A stretch of 64,000 nucleotides of DNA from assembly GCF_030028105.1 (NCBI RefSeq), contig NC_092389.1:14185180-14249179 (forward strand), given 5' to 3'. This stretch comes from Mobula birostris. Its lineage: Eukaryota. The position numbers and the translations under genes are program-made. The notes below the pieces were generated by a model. It was given only the letters and a program-made list of their open reading frames with translations, made no database searches and had not been told where the DNA came from. Positions 63,125-64,000 of the stretch are shown piece by piece. How positions within the stretch are numbered: position 1 is the first letter of the stretch; each line of letters begins with the position of its first letter.

Positions 63125-63441
63125 CAAATGAGAAAATCTGCAGATGCCGGAAATCCAAGCAACACACGCAAATTGCTGGAGGAATTTAGCAGACCAGGCG
63201 GCATCTATGGAAAAAAGTACAGTCAACGTTTTGGGCCGAGACCCTTCAGCAGGACTGTACCCACCTGGCTTCACCTATCACCTTTCAGCTAGCCTCTTTC
63301 TCCTCCCCCCCTCCTTTTTAATCTGGTATCTTCCCCCTTCTTTCTCAGTCCTGCTAAAGGGTCTCGGCCCGAAACGTCGACTATACTCTTTTCCATAGAT
63401 GCTGCCTGGCCTGCTGAGTTCCTCCAGCATTCTGCGTGTGT
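63125..63441. mobile_element. Inverted pair of Penelope terminal repeats in MPZL3 intron 1
   Basis: 63162-63257 is the reverse complement of 63346-63441, and each arm carries a hammerhead-like motif. Confidence 0.85.
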
Positions 63442-63546
63442 CAGTCAGTTTATGTCAGCTGTGTTAGGTTAATATAGATACAAAACTATATTGCACTAGT
63501 TAAGTCTTTCCCCTCAGTGTTGACTGCTGCATTCTTTGCAAAACAG

Positions 63547-63704
63547 GTGCTGCTTCTATCGAAATTACTTTGCCATCAAAGGTCAGAGGCTTCATTGGAG
63601 AGGACATAGAACTGAATTGTAAATTCAAGACGTCTTCTCCCATCACAGAGCGTCTGACAGTGAATTGGTCTTTCCGACCAGCAAGTGGCGGATCAAAGCA
63701 TGGT
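63547..63704 (+). CDS. MPZL3: MPZL3 exon 2, first half of the Ig V domain (GAASIEITLPSKVRGFIGEDIELNCKFKTSSPITERLTVNWSFRPASGGSKHG); gene continues beyond the window
   Basis: Acceptor ttctttgcaaaacag| and donor GGT|gtgagt. The peptide matches MPZL3 VRGYVGEKIKLKCTFKSTSDVTDKLTIDWTYRP, and the gene lies tandemly downstream of MPZL2 as in mammals. Confidence 0.88.
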
Positions 63705-64000
63705 GTGAGTATCATTGATAATGTTGGTAGCAATGGTACCTTTTTTGAGAAAGCATTTCATAGAATTGATGTACAGTGACAATGTTTGCTCGTAATGGGT
63801 TTGATTGTACTTTCTTGCTCAATTTAAAGATTTTTGAAAAGATATGTAGATAATCACTTTCTTCCAACAAGAAATATGGTGAGTGTTTCAGTATAGTGTA
63901 AATTATTTGCAACAAGTCTTCTTGGCAATTTTTCATTGTTACATTCTAATGTGGGTTAATGGAAATCTGGAACTTTTTCCTGAAAACTGCGATGAATCAA

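Overview
This is vertebrate nuclear DNA, most likely from a cartilaginous fish (inferred from the HE1/V-SINE, Deu-SINE, CR1 and Penelope repeat content). Most of the window is decayed transposons, so nearly all entries in the ORF track are spurious or TE fragments. Three host genes can be read by splicing. (1) A complete MPZL2/EVA1 gene lies on + with six coding exons from 9843 to 37766 (218 aa), a TATA/CCAAT/GC promoter and a poly(A) signal at 38887. (2) The first two coding exons of MPZL3 lie on + (62266-62353, 63547-63704). (3) A signal-peptide exon of a divergently transcribed gene lies on - (3792-3843), probably CD3-family, which would match the CD3E-MPZL2-MPZL3 order known in mammals. 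Mobile DNA includes a full-length L1 with TSDs, a near full-length Rex1/Babar LINE, many CR1s, a solo LTR, two MITEs and several SINEs. The most notable non-coding signals are a candidate HDV-like self-cleaving ribozyme with an unusual hairpin inserted in L3, at the 5' end of a 557-bp TSD-flanked non-coding retroposon (51138-51694); about 10 decayed minimal hammerhead ribozyme motifs in Penelope termini; and a ~2.8-kb minisatellite with a 20 x 51-bp homogeneous core inside a four-level nested TE cluster.
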